DNA from: an uncultured archaeon
GTDB taxonomy: Archaea > Asgardarchaeota > Thorarchaeia > Thorarchaeales > Thorarchaeaceae
Reading direction: 5' to 3'
NCBI GenBank assembly: GCA_964558645.1
Contig: CAZLEV010000014.1
Span: forward strand, 1 to 64,000
DNA: 64,000 nt
A program made the position numbers and the translations under genes. Positions 44,101 to 53,070 of the stretch are shown here, piece after piece (position 1 is the first letter of the stretch; every line of letters starts with the position of its first letter). A model generated the notes under the pieces. That model did not search any database, was not told the origin of the DNA, and saw only the letters and a program-made list of their open reading frames with translations.

Positions 44101-45281
44101 TCAATTGCGGGGTATAGACCCAGGATGTCACGGGCATATGAGCTGTCGGAGTCTCCAAACCGGGCCGATACAGGCTTCGTCGCATTGACATAGAGGTAGA
44201 CTGTATAGACAACATCACGACGCGAGATATATTCGCCTGCAGAGAGCTTTGCGGGCCATCCAGCGAGGCTCGAACCATTGTGAAACTGCCAGTTGCTTGC
44301 TGTTTCTGCACTGCCATCGGAAGTCCAAACGTAGACCTCTGTGTCATCAGTCTGAGCCTGAATCCAGTACTTGCCCTCATTCTTGTCTTCGAATCCCTCG
44401 ACACCACCGAGAATGAACTCGGTATCGGTTCCAGTGCCTATCTGGCTTACTGCTGGGAACCAGTCGTTGATGGCAGGGTTCGACCCCTTGTCGCCTTGAC
44501 CCACGCTGACAGCAAGTGGATAGTTGGAATACACGGCATAGAAGCCATGCCAGTTTGTGTAGCTGTAGGAGTTAGGCTCATAGCGTACGTTTTGCATGCG
44601 ATTCAGGGTTCCATTTGGTACGTTATCAGGAGTCATTGTGTCGGCACTCCAAACAGAATCCACATCTCGGGGGTCTTTCCATGCTTGATCGGAGCTATCC
44701 CACATCTCCACGTAGTAGTTATTCTCATCGTAGAAAGACACCAAGTTCAGAAGAGAGAACGTGTACGACTTGTAGACGAACGGGTAGAAATCAGGATAGC
44801 TGACCGACCCGACATCCTCTTTCGCATAGTAGAGATAGTAGTTCGTTTCTATGTCATTTTGACTCACATTCACCATGAAACTGATAGTGGTAGAGAGGAC
44901 GAAGTCCCCATCGTATGTCGTATTCCAAGTCTGGAATGGTAGGTCAGTCCAGCCAGGACTGTTGTAGTATTCAACTCTGATTGAGTCACGATAGCAATGT
45001 CCTGATGTGAATGTGAGATAGAGATGAACAGGAACTAGCGTCCTATCTGAAACATCAGGTTCGGTGAAATTGAGGTACCTTCTGTAGATGAAGGACGAAT
45101 TCCACCACTCTGCTTGGTCCTGAGCACCGGCGAGTTCGGACTGATTCGCGTAAGGCTGCATGAAATCGTTGTCAACAAGGGGATCCAGGTTGATATCATG
45201 GGTGTTCGGAGAGCCAACAATCATGGGGAGTATCATGATTATTCCAAAGGCAAGTAGTAGGGCAAGACGATTTCTCTTCAC
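38196..45281 (-). CDS. Giant (2361 aa) single-pass surface protein with many beta-sandwich domains and an acidic cytoplasmic tail
   Basis: Signal peptide; WWNSSFIYRR (DUF2341-like start); IgGFc-binding-like region; PVEGATVTL/TDSNG carboxypeptidase-regulatory-like repeats; G.Y Ig-like repeats; many N-x-S/T sequons; TM helix then RRWR and an E/A/P-rich tail. Confidence 0.9.
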   Translation of the reverse strand: MKRNRLALLLAFGIIMILPMIVGSPNTHDINLDPLVDNDFMQPYANQSELAGAQDQAEWWNSSFIYRRYLNFTEPDVSDRTLVPVHLYLTFTSGHCYRDSIRVEYYNSPGWTDLPFQTWNTTYDGDFVLSTTISFMVNVSQNDIETNYYLYYAKEDVGSVSYPDFYPFVYKSYTFSLLNLVSFYDENNYYVEMWDSSDQAWKDPRDVDSVWSADTMTPDNVPNGTLNRMQNVRYEPNSYSYTNWHGFYAVYSNYPLAVSVGQGDKGSNPAINDWFPAVSQIGTGTDTEFILGGVEGFEDKNEGKYWIQAQTDDTEVYVWTSDGSAETASNWQFHNGSSLAGWPAKLSAGEYISRRDVVYTVYLYVNATKPVSARFGDSDSSYARDILGLYPAIDGKLSGEEFYTIDMGHSYDYTRVTNLGDSAVDVDYWRNAGSGWGSKTTERIGANSSVDIPRGSAGSGDQEDILHIKGESGANLMVYGVYRPDTPGDAGDWVPSLSGDRYGSSFKMWGNNGWKFMIVATENARVEVSGYNSGTLSIPAGGAAAFRPLSSSATLYHINSNASVSVVLVGKFSTSSPYNPTGDTGYGWMVPTFNNDADENALAISISDEIHLFEFDVTVEDLDGFPVEGATVTLYNASDGTLWVDDNGLNRTGTTDSNGLVVFEGLSDGDYTIRTEIDAKSWLTTSYAELWVQASPTESITGPVTPVTVTLPMGSFSIYMKDLMGDAMAQTPDETTTLRMSNESDSGVYSAQVSTNSSGWANFYRIPQDDYTVFASYNGNVSSYTYEQIADFGSWSIASDEFSSSPFQHSWTMPLVTIRLDVVSWDDQPVQNAYVTINNTAGPEYDLTRKTNADGKYNFHRVVNGSWYARVEKHDDYSDTPIAYNNSIEMLDIQGEHSQTVGLAITRLNVKAQISDTSPVQGAQVNVTLVGIGVVAQGSTNSTGYAVFYNIHGNMSSPQSVSYTVVIKSGETTTSAIVVRCDYNWTYVNVITLPTDLYDDLYSELNSTAYFASPFYGQHVNFTVGFYDRDGSVGSPEDKLILFDSSSWVNFTIYFSGNPIGSGTWNWSGSNHVYDQTGGLNFTIQIDTLFWKMNVSDTAYIVIVSAHDDSVDDPTPLTFYITVKATSTTLGKSTSAIDDYYKTHEAHDFWLSTSIPSSMNLADLDGYTYLVKLGATNVSWGSLVDAGEFYTLPASALHGLPVGFYTVTIALSKQNYVNRTVVLDVTIDPVPMRVDSLIASSYFWDTGSEIIAFDYINDLNSSNPELSGITVTLQWFTSSWVSIYNMTPRTLSPTLGTYTTTFPSDLLDANADYFLRVTCSKSNYETAAADSLLLHVSPAPTTLDLITSSAITVDWLDTGVFDLSFVRDSGIVGLSGASVTSNWTQPMSVSYQGSGVYRLGFDTSAQSDTYTVSVEFSLANHENAEVQVDITILIPLLVETSFGSAESPLETYWTHTFDINVTLFDQSRTDTPVDGAGITYSWYMESVIDQSGTLTEGASGLYYVTLNANNALPNDLSYIDDYYTIVLTAEKAGCTTTVSTIYVVISSTPNEIILDQDYYEQFYDDTFDVLFYWNNTLDNLPITEIDTATCAVLGISANVTTGVNSGDGWYTFSLNTRDLGMTAAVQGSVYVVRITMTRSGFEPHELTTAVILIREAPTALIIDEVDEVNWSNELQLVARLWDTEHNVLVDGAAAITLTVPGTGYTQLISNNGSGIFTWIIQTDDWFSGSTEYSFEFSYTLDNYVDGTNSTDLYVRPIPAVITKDVSQTTPISVVWGEEFDLRVNVNQDYGSLDNPINGLTVMYTWQGTSVSGIFSGIGNGGYLTTVNSSQISAGEYIIVVHTSNKNYTFSSWTVEVTVEAVTAGLYPSQSTFEGIYGGPAFTVRLTYNISSGMTFAGRVLRADEMISDFAGGQAGTWDASTATYRFVLDPTTLDSSLIPGIFTVNFTATLDNYTTATTQVTLHISASTSLTVPNIQVQIDDSVTIYVNYFDTTKNQQVPFSAVTSLTLTTPMAEFTKDDFAVAEDGRYYIEISPLQIGEISSDPYAITVSIVADGYESHIGVTAEARVIETQFTIPLVVTTLVVPQSQLFLFLLMLGGFIVVGSVVTAVRRWRVPYQIKQINAALKKIADNKAAKVEGIKDMGAVVSDLLAPGLADLDIQAPRIEVTSDLGYEEMLDEDTEDLLGELDALDEVGAEGADDLEAEMADYEAELEAEMDSIEAEAEAEPEPEVESVEEPTEDLEPEGDAEADIEPEEEAEPELEETSEADAEPEEEAEADAEPEIEDELEPELESSEDEAEDKVEEVETVAEEEPSEEDRLKMELIETLPDEIREAFPTEELMQLSAEELRRVLESKTQDDEE

Positions 45282-46448
45282 TTACTGCACCTCCATTGCT
45301 GCAGCCACATTGCTTGGGTGGAATTTCTTCAACACCTCAAGATAGTGCTTGGCCTGTCGGCTCGGTATCTCCTCACCGTTGTAAAGATCAACAGTTCTCT
45401 GGATAAGCCATTCAGGATATACGGTCATGACCTCGGGATTTGATTTGAGAAGAATGTGTTCTCTGCCCTCTTCATCGTTGATGCGCGTGACAATGTTGCC
45501 CTTTTCCAGCTTCTTCACTTGCTTTCTTAGCTGTGACTTGGTCACATCAAGGAGACTTGGCAAGTGTTCTGTCTGCTGTGGGCCTTCTCGTAGAATCTCA
45601 ATTATGTCATATGCATCGAAGTCCAAGAGATACTTGGTGAGCTCTTGAGCGTCTTCCCATAGCGAATCGGTGAGGTCCTTTCGAAGCCGGCCAACGTAGT
45701 TCTTGTGATATCTCTTCGCAGAGTCAAGGTACTGCTCTGCAACTCCTGTAGGCAGCTGACCCGTCTTCACAGCGCGGATAGTGTCCTGTGATATGGTTCG
45801 CAGCAGAAAAAGTGCACGCGTAAGATAGATGACTTCGGTGGAGAACCCTTCAACCCATCCAGTTGCGATGATTCCCATCTTCACCAGCGGTCTAAGAACC
45901 ATGTCTACATCAATCTTCTTTCCGACCTCTTCGAAGATTATCTGCTCTAAATCAGATGACTCGATGGTTCCGTTCTTCATCAGCGTCTGTAGAATAGACC
46001 TTCTTACGGGATCGCTGAGAACAGATGCCTGCCTCTGTTCGGGGGTCATCTGGGTGTATCGTGCCATCTGCCCGTATAGTTTCGGAACAAGCTTCTGATA
46101 TGCATCATCATCTGCGTTCAAAAAGATCTGGGTGGCAATCTCGGGCAGTGCATCCTTGTACACATCAGCATCCTCTTCGGGGCCGAGTACCAAGAACACC
46201 ATCGAAGGTTTTCCTTTTAGATGCATGTTCAATCCGCCGTAGTATACTGCCAGTTTGAACTCATCAAAAGCCAACGATGTAAAACCGGGCTTCTGAGACT
46301 CTTCAGTCTCCCCCAGTGTTGCTATGCCATAGACGCGCATGCTTGTCGTCGGATCAAGCCCTAATTGTAGACTCTTCGGTGTCTTAGAAGTCACAACGGG
46401 CCCGAGCTCATCATCCCATTTCAATACAGCCAATCCTTCGGGCACCAA
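45282..46448 (-). CDS. Longin/uDENN-like N-terminal domain plus tandem winged-helix domains
   Basis: GLAVLKWDDELGPVV resembles the uDENN FD..xGP opening. LSDPVRRSILQTL...LVKMGII and a second HTH-like region follow. Its stop abuts the giant gene start. Confidence 0.7.
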   Translation of the reverse strand: MVPEGLAVLKWDDELGPVVTSKTPKSLQLGLDPTTSMRVYGIATLGETEESQKPGFTSLAFDEFKLAVYYGGLNMHLKGKPSMVFLVLGPEEDADVYKDALPEIATQIFLNADDDAYQKLVPKLYGQMARYTQMTPEQRQASVLSDPVRRSILQTLMKNGTIESSDLEQIIFEEVGKKIDVDMVLRPLVKMGIIATGWVEGFSTEVIYLTRALFLLRTISQDTIRAVKTGQLPTGVAEQYLDSAKRYHKNYVGRLRKDLTDSLWEDAQELTKYLLDFDAYDIIEILREGPQQTEHLPSLLDVTKSQLRKQVKKLEKGNIVTRINDEEGREHILLKSNPEVMTVYPEWLIQRTVDLYNGEEIPSRQAKHYLEVLKKFHPSNVAAAMEVQ

Positions 46449-46732
46449 CTATTGTCTCCTTGCTTTGTAGCCCAGATACAGGCATTGTGGTTGTCCTAAG
46501 GTTTCGTTGTGCAATGTCTGGCCCCACTGCGCATGTTCGGACATTTCACCAAACCTAAGAGTATCTGGACATATTACAACGTAGACACTTCCAGTATCTA
46601 ATAAGAGAATCTTGGATATCCTACTCGCCGAGGAGTCATCTTGAGAAGAACGCAGCCCGTTTCAAGAGAGAAGGCATGTCAATCACCAGATCAAACGATG
46701 GCGAGGGGAGAATGAAGGATATGACCCAGAAT

Positions 46733-46766
46733 CGAAAAAGAGAGAACATGGGCCCGGGGCCCATGT
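46733..46766 (-). terminator. Hairpin plus pyrimidine tract
   Basis: ACATGGGCC/GGCCCATGT stem 5 bp after the stop at 46772, then TCTCTCTTTTT. Confidence 0.65.
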
Positions 46767-46771
46767 GTAGT

Positions 46772-47719
46772 CTACCACCAGTCAGCCTCTTCTTCCTTTG
46801 CCCGGGATTCGAGATCTCGATATAGAACAGTCTGGAAGATGAAGTTCAGAGGGCTGAGTAGCAGAGATACAATGAGACTTCCTACGAGAGCCAGTGCGGG
46901 ACTGACGAAAGCCACTGCCTCCACTATCACTAGGAGTACAAGGCTAACCACAAAAACAGCAATCGCCATGATGATCACTCCTCCCAGCGTGTGCCAAAAG
47001 GCACCTCCTGTAATCTGATAGGCCCTCTTGATGGCTCCGAAGGCAGATTGTTCCTCTTCAGCCACGACAACTGCGATTGTCGGAATAAGCCTGACCACGA
47101 GAAAGAGGGTGACCAACGCACCAACAAGCAAGACCACTCCGCCCAAGGCGATGGAATTCCAAGTTGACGGATCCGCGGGGTCGAAAGCAAGAGCACTGAG
47201 TAGCATTATGCCAAGACCAGGGAGGATCGGTATTGCAAGAATCAGACCCTGAAGAAACGATGCGGCAATCAGTGTGATTGCTCTGCTTACACCGTATGAC
47301 AACGCGGATCTGACGTCTCCTGCGCCGGGATTACCATAGTCTTGGAGAGCGAACTTGATTGCACCGCCTCCCACTACAGCGCCGACCAAGATACTGACAA
47401 GTGAGAGCGCTACTATAACTACGAGCAGCACGATGTCTGTTAGACCAGTAAGACTGAAAATCGAAACCAGCAGACCCAGAGGGTCCGAGAACACTAGTTC
47501 CAACAGATTGAATGCAGCTGCACCGTAGAGCGCATAGAGGACTACGAACGAAACTGCACTCATCACAACAGACACAATACCCACAATGAGTACGTAGCTT
47601 ACGAGCCTTCTCATCCAAAGGCTGAATGTGCGCGACACCAGACCTGCTACTCCGACCGAGTAATCTCGCCCAGAGGGTTGCTCAGGTGCCGGACCAGAAT
47701 CATTTCCTATTTCTACCAA
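46772..47719 (-). CDS. Polytopic membrane protein (GDPD-membrane-domain-like)
   Basis: About 6 TM helices. SAFGAIKRAYQITGG.FW and TVLYRDL motifs. Confidence 0.75.
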   Translation of the reverse strand: MVEIGNDSGPAPEQPSGRDYSVGVAGLVSRTFSLWMRRLVSYVLIVGIVSVVMSAVSFVVLYALYGAAAFNLLELVFSDPLGLLVSIFSLTGLTDIVLLVVIVALSLVSILVGAVVGGGAIKFALQDYGNPGAGDVRSALSYGVSRAITLIAASFLQGLILAIPILPGLGIMLLSALAFDPADPSTWNSIALGGVVLLVGALVTLFLVVRLIPTIAVVVAEEEQSAFGAIKRAYQITGGAFWHTLGGVIIMAIAVFVVSLVLLVIVEAVAFVSPALALVGSLIVSLLLSPLNFIFQTVLYRDLESRAKEEEADWW

Positions 47720-47877
47720 TCAACTACCTCCATATACCGATGCTTGTTCATGTATGACTTGGCTTATAGAACTTGCCAAAGATTGTCAGCACCCATTGCA
47801 ATCTGTCTTGCATCGAACATAGGACAATGCTAATCAGTGGAAACCTCGTATGAAGGATTACAACATCTTTCTGTGAG

Positions 47878-48246
47878 TTGTCCACAACGAGGAAAAAAAG
47901 GAACAGACGTGGTAGAGGGAAACATTCACCACGCGGATATTTGCAGCACAATTGGAGACCAAGGGAAACACACAGTCCGAGTGTGTTTTATCTTAGTGCA
48001 GAGAGGATAAGGACTCAGAGAATACCTGATAGCAATCTCACGTCCCAGCAGCGTAGATTCTCGGGGGCCAAGCCGGTAGGGGTCGACCCGGTACTCTGTG
48101 TCGGATGTGGAGCTTGTATCGATGCTTGTCCACAAGGCGCGATAGATGTCACAGGACGAAAAGCCCATGTTGATCCGTACAGGTGCTCTGGCTGCGGCTC
48201 ATGCACGCAGGTCTGCCCTCAAGGAGCCATCGGATGGGCGAGGTAG
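47878..48246 (+). CDS. 2x[4Fe-4S] ferredoxin-domain protein with basic N-terminal extension
   Basis: CVGCGACIDACP and CSGCGSCTQVCP. Confidence 0.9.
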   Translation: MSTTRKKRNRRGRGKHSPRGYLQHNWRPRETHSPSVFYLSAERIRTQRIPDSNLTSQQRRFSGAKPVGVDPVLCVGCGACIDACPQGAIDVTGRKAHVDPYRCSGCGSCTQVCPQGAIGWAR

Positions 48247-48277
48247 AAACCACGCAGGGCATATCCGATACATGAGC

Positions 48278-49234
48278 CTAACGTTTAGTGGCCCTACTCG
48301 GCAATGCACGCATGTAATAGGATGAGCCCCCATATTCGAGTTCCACAAGCTGGCCATCATCAATCAGACTATGAATAATGGTCCAGTCGGACTCGGACTT
48401 GGCCAGCAGTTCTCGAACCGCATCTATACGCATTGGATGGACTGAGGTGATGCTGAGCAGGTCCTCTCTGGGGTCTCCAGTTGAAGCAAACTCATTTCCT
48501 TCGTAGCCGATAAGGTGTTCTACACGGTCGGTTCCAAGCTCATCAGCAAAACTCTGGAAAGCTTGGTTTATCACTGACTCCGCGGGCGGGAACACTCCGT
48601 CCTCTGCAGGGGGCCTCGTGGGAATCGCAACATACGCTCTATCGATGCCCAGTTCACTCAAGAAACGTGCAGTCTTCCCGAACTCTCCCTTGTAATCAAC
48701 CGTATTGACCAGCATTGTCTCCGAGAGTATCTTACCTTCGTACTCTTCACAGAACCTGCGGATTCCGTCCATTACTCTTTCAGGGGCCAAGGAGCCATGA
48801 GGCCTGTTGACACGATGCCAGAGTCTGGAAGTCACAGCGTCAACTTTGATCGAAACAAGGTCCATATGATTTAGACGAGCTCGCACATCAGCATCCCAGA
48901 GAAGTGATGCATTAGTCAGAATTGCAAGGGGAATCTTGAAGTCCTTCAGCAAAGCAGCAGTATCTCCCAGATTCGAATCGAGAGTTGGCTCACCATCAGG
49001 GACGAATGTGAGATAGTCAATTCTCTCATTGTTTTTCTTGGCATTGCTGACTTGCTGCGTCACTTTATCCAAAATCCGTTCAGGAGAGTAGAACGATCTC
49101 TGCTGTACCGTCAGATCAGTGGTTCGCCCCAGCTGACAGTAGGTGCATGAGTAGGAACAGGACTTCGCGCTGATGTTGTTTATTCCAAGACTTCGTCCTA
49201 GACGCCTTGAGGGAACAGGACCGTAAGCGATCAT
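48278..49234 (-). CDS. Radical SAM Fe-S oxidoreductase (COG0731-like)
   Basis: YGPVPSRRLGRSLGIN, CSYSCTYC, DGEPTL. Confidence 0.92.
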   Translation of the reverse strand: MIAYGPVPSRRLGRSLGINNISAKSCSYSCTYCQLGRTTDLTVQQRSFYSPERILDKVTQQVSNAKKNNERIDYLTFVPDGEPTLDSNLGDTAALLKDFKIPLAILTNASLLWDADVRARLNHMDLVSIKVDAVTSRLWHRVNRPHGSLAPERVMDGIRRFCEEYEGKILSETMLVNTVDYKGEFGKTARFLSELGIDRAYVAIPTRPPAEDGVFPPAESVINQAFQSFADELGTDRVEHLIGYEGNEFASTGDPREDLLSITSVHPMRIDAVRELLAKSESDWTIIHSLIDDGQLVELEYGGSSYYMRALPSRATKR

Positions 49235-49315
49235 TGATGACCATTATCCAACCCTGGTATATCACTGAGAACGTATCAATATTGTGTATTGACACAAAAC
49301 TACACTGCCAGGATC

Positions 49316-50482
49316 CTATGGGGCCTGCAGAATAGATACCACCATATTGTTGCCAAATCCGCCGATGTTATGCGTCAGACCCACAGTGGGGGAGTCCACT
49401 TGGAGACCCTTGGGGGCCCTATCCTGCAGTTGCAGAACGATATCTCGAATCTGGGCCACGCCGGTTGCCCCCGTTGGATGCCCACGTGCCTTGAGACCTC
49501 CAGTAGGATTTACAGGCATGTCACCTGAAACCTCGGTCTTGCCATCCTTGACAGCGTCGATAGCATGTCCCCGGTCCACTATACCTATGTCCTCCATATC
49601 AATGAGTTCTAGTATAGAGAAGGCATCATGAAGCTCACATACATCTATGGAAGCAGGCTCAAGACTTGCCATGTCAAATGCTCGTTGCGCGGCTACTACT
49701 GTAGCGTTCATCGAAGTTAATGACATCCTGTGCTGGATCGAGTGATAGTCCGTGGCATGTCCGATACCCAATACTCTCACAGCTAGGTCCTTGAGGTCAA
49801 GCTGTCTGACAAGACGCTCAGAGGACAGCACGACAGCAGCTGATCCATCACTTGTCGGGCAGCAGTCATATAGCGTCAGCGGATCAGCAACGAGTCGCGC
49901 ACCGTTCACCTTCTCCACCGAGACCTCTTTCTGGAAGTGAGCGAGAGGATTCTTCGCACCGTTCCTGTGCGCCTTGACCGGCACAAGAGAGAGTTCCTCC
50001 CTTGTTAGACGATAGTCGTGCATGTACCTTCTGGTGACAAGAGCGGCTAATGCTGCAGGTGTACCTCCGTATCGAATCTCATTCTCGTAAGACATCATCT
50101 TGGCAAGTATACCTGATGCCTCTGCTCGACCAACCTGAGACATCTTCTCGACACCAATGATAACGGCGGACTCAGACATACCAGAAGCTATGGATGCAAA
50201 ACCTGCCTCGAATGCGCTAGACCCAGAGGAGGGGCCGCTCTCAACACGTGTTGCTGCAGCAGGTACGATGCCGATATGGTCTGCAAGAAGCGTGGATAGA
50301 TGGCCAATCTGTGTAAACTCATCGGGATTCTGGGTTCCCACAAACAGCCTGTCGTAAAGAACGTCCTCTGCCTTAGCATCTTGGATGGCCTCAAAAGTAG
50401 CCGAAAGCGCGAGCTCAAGGATTGACTCCTTCAGCACTCCGAATGGAGTCATGCCAACCCCAATCACGTAGACCGGTTCCAT
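49316..50482 (-). CDS. Thiolase-fold protein (archaeal type), lacking the N-terminal catalytic Cys
   Basis: ELHDAF, NPTGGLKARGHPTGATG, THNIGG. VESGPSSG stands in place of VEAACASG. Confidence 0.9.
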   Translation of the reverse strand: MEPVYVIGVGMTPFGVLKESILELALSATFEAIQDAKAEDVLYDRLFVGTQNPDEFTQIGHLSTLLADHIGIVPAAATRVESGPSSGSSAFEAGFASIASGMSESAVIIGVEKMSQVGRAEASGILAKMMSYENEIRYGGTPAALAALVTRRYMHDYRLTREELSLVPVKAHRNGAKNPLAHFQKEVSVEKVNGARLVADPLTLYDCCPTSDGSAAVVLSSERLVRQLDLKDLAVRVLGIGHATDYHSIQHRMSLTSMNATVVAAQRAFDMASLEPASIDVCELHDAFSILELIDMEDIGIVDRGHAIDAVKDGKTEVSGDMPVNPTGGLKARGHPTGATGVAQIRDIVLQLQDRAPKGLQVDSPTVGLTHNIGGFGNNMVVSILQAP

Positions 50483-50497
50483 CGGGACGTACCTCCG

Positions 50498-51031
50498 TCA
50501 CTCAATCAATATGACTAGGTCATTGGGAGTGACAGATGAACCCTCTTGAACGTTCACGTCCTTCACTACGCCATCCTTCGTGGCCTTGAGCTCATTGAAC
50601 ATCTTCATTGCCTCAAGAATGCACAACGTGTCGCCACTACTCACCTCGTCCCCCACCGAGACATGGACTTCAGTGATCTTCCCCGGCATAGGTGGATAGA
50701 CTCCGCCAGGCACCCTATCTGCCCCGTTAGCGCCGGTGGATAGTGTATCAGCCGTGGGTGTACTTGCCTTTCTCACGCGGGTAAATTCAACTGCTCGTTT
50801 TGTCCCATCGAACTCAAGATCGTAGCTATGTCCCGAACGGTTCAAGAGTCTGACCTCATGTTTCGAGTCGCGTTCGTTGACTGTCCATGCCTCACCGTCG
50901 TCAGGTGGTTGAGTGGTGAAGGTGAAGCTCTGGTCTCCGACCTTGACTACCAAGACCCCACCCTCGTCGAGCCTCTGGATGCTTACTTCAAGGTCCTTGC
51001 CGTCGATGCTAACGTTGTACTGCTGTGACAT
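50498..51031 (-). CDS. Biotin carboxyl carrier protein
   Basis: PMPGKI...LEAMKMFNE biotinylation motif. ATG at 51031. Confidence 0.93.
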   Translation of the reverse strand: MSQQYNVSIDGKDLEVSIQRLDEGGVLVVKVGDQSFTFTTQPPDDGEAWTVNERDSKHEVRLLNRSGHSYDLEFDGTKRAVEFTRVRKASTPTADTLSTGANGADRVPGGVYPPMPGKITEVHVSVGDEVSSGDTLCILEAMKMFNELKATKDGVVKDVNVQEGSSVTPNDLVILIE

Positions 51032-51044
51032 CTCCTCGTTCCTC

Positions 51045-52562
51045 CTACATTCCGCCCCGCATAAGCTCCATTCGCCCAGCCATGGTCCATGCTGAACTAC
51101 TCCGCCCCCAGCGTCCAACGCTGTAACCTTGCTGGTCATGAATACCTGCAGAAGCAATCTGCTGTTTCATATGAAGAACAGCCGAGATGATGGCCGCTTC
51201 GTGCTCCAGAGTCATCTCTCCTCTGAGCTTCCTCTCCGCCTTGCGTTTCAGGAAATCAAGTGCATATTGTGGGAATAATGCATAGCTCACAAGGTCACGT
51301 TCCTCATGAGGGATGTCCTTTAGAGCCTCCCTTGCCTTGGGGAGCTCTGGCTCAAGTAAATCAGCAGGTCTGCAATCGAGGGGTTCTTCATCACCAATTG
51401 CCTTCTTCTTGACTTCGGGGTCAATCTCAGCTGGCGGGCGACCGTAGTAACCTCTGATGTACTGCTTGACCTCGTGAGGAATCATCTGATAGCGTTCTCC
51501 TGTGATGACATTGAGAGTAGCTTGAGTTCCCACAATCTGGCTTGACGGGGTCACCAGTGGAGGGTAACCGAGTTCTGCACGGACTCTAGGAACCTCCTTC
51601 AGTACCTCATCATATTTATCGAGTGCACCCTGTTCCCTCAATTGATTGTCTAGATTCGAGAGCATACCCCCTGGAATCTGAAATCGCAGAACCTGAGGAT
51701 TCACGCCCTTGAGGCTTCCTTCAAAACCAGTGTACTTACCACGAATCTCCCGGAAATAATCCGCAATCTCAGCAAGCAGAGCCACATCCAGACCTGTATC
51801 TCGCGGCGTGTTTTTCAAGGCCTCAACGATAGACTCCGTTGCAGGTTGGGAAGTAGCAAGTGAGAGTGAGGAGATTGCACAGTCCACAACATCCACGCCA
51901 GCCTCGGCCCCCTTCATGTAGGCCATCGACGCCATCCCACTGGTGTAGTGAGAATGGAGCTGAACTGGAAGTCCAACATCGTCCTTCAGCATCTTCACGA
52001 GGTCATATGCCGCACTCGGAGAGATCAAACCCGCCATGTCTTTGATGCAGATTGAGTCTGCTCCCAGAGATGCCAGTTCAGCAGACTTCTCAGCGAACTT
52101 CTCAAGTGTGTGCACTGGACTGAGAGTATAACTAATACTGGCTTGAACATGAGCACCCTCATTCTTCACACACTTGATTGCGTGTTTCATGTTCCGGATG
52201 TCATTCAGGGCGTCAAAGATTCGGAAGACATCGATACCGCCCTCTGCAGCATGATGCACAAAGGCCTCAACAACGTCATCGGCATAGTGACGGTAACCCA
52301 CCACGTTCTGAGCTCTTAATAACATCTGTAGACGGGTCTTTGGAAGGGCTTCGCGCAGAGCCTCAAGCCGCTCCCAAGGGTTCTCATCCAGAAAACGCAT
52401 CATGGAATCGAAGGTGGCGCCTCCGAACATCTCGAGGGACCAGTAACCCACCTGATCAAGCTTCTCACAGATTGGCAGCATATGTTCTGTCTTCATTCTT
52501 GTCGCGAGAAGAGACTGGTGTGCATCTCTGAGGACTGTGTCTGTAATCTGCAGCCTTGTCAT
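51045..52562 (-). CDS. Pyruvate/oxaloacetate carboxyltransferase subunit (PycB / OadA / transcarboxylase 5S family)
   Basis: LRDAHQSLLATR, GGATFD, FRIFDALND, IKDMAG, HSH, QIPGGMLSN, VTPSSQIVG. Confidence 0.95.
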   Translation of the reverse strand: MTRLQITDTVLRDAHQSLLATRMKTEHMLPICEKLDQVGYWSLEMFGGATFDSMMRFLDENPWERLEALREALPKTRLQMLLRAQNVVGYRHYADDVVEAFVHHAAEGGIDVFRIFDALNDIRNMKHAIKCVKNEGAHVQASISYTLSPVHTLEKFAEKSAELASLGADSICIKDMAGLISPSAAYDLVKMLKDDVGLPVQLHSHYTSGMASMAYMKGAEAGVDVVDCAISSLSLATSQPATESIVEALKNTPRDTGLDVALLAEIADYFREIRGKYTGFEGSLKGVNPQVLRFQIPGGMLSNLDNQLREQGALDKYDEVLKEVPRVRAELGYPPLVTPSSQIVGTQATLNVITGERYQMIPHEVKQYIRGYYGRPPAEIDPEVKKKAIGDEEPLDCRPADLLEPELPKAREALKDIPHEERDLVSYALFPQYALDFLKRKAERKLRGEMTLEHEAAIISAVLHMKQQIASAGIHDQQGYSVGRWGRSSSAWTMAGRMELMRGGM

Positions 52563-52645
52563 TGTGACCCGCGGGTCATGTCACATCTTGCAATATAATA
52601 GCATCTGTCTATGATACACAAGCATCTCTCCTAGCAAAGAGGCTC

Positions 52646-52918
52646 TTACTCGAACTTTCCCCAGTGCTTTGTGATATCGAAATACAGCACAATCTCTGTT
52701 CCATCTGCAAGGCTGATATCCATCTGGTCGATCCAGCGATCATCGATATTCAGTAACGTCTGCCGCACCAGATTCCAGTCAGTGCCTTTCACTCCATACT
52801 TTCGGGAGAGATAGGAGTACTCAGCCTCGATGGCCTCCGTGTGACCAATCACGTTAGATATGACTATGGGGTCGTCTGTTGATGACCCATGTCCCTCGTA
52901 TTTCACCATCGCAAACAC
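52646..52918 (-). CDS. Small hypothetical protein
   Basis: 90-aa ORF with a protein-like pattern G.GSS.DDPIVI...AEY.YL...YFDIT. Confidence 0.7.
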   Translation of the reverse strand: MFAMVKYEGHGSSTDDPIVISNVIGHTEAIEAEYSYLSRKYGVKGTDWNLVRQTLLNIDDRWIDQMDISLADGTEIVLYFDITKHWGKFE

Positions 52919-53070
52919 CTAATCGCGCCTTGTAACTTGACTATTTGGAGTCTATTACGATAGATTCTCAGAAGCATTGAAACCGGACTAGCTTTGGCAA
53001 ATCCATGTACCACCTTGTCGTGTGGGCATCTACTGCAATATCGCTGGCACGAGGATAGAGGTTCTGGTCT

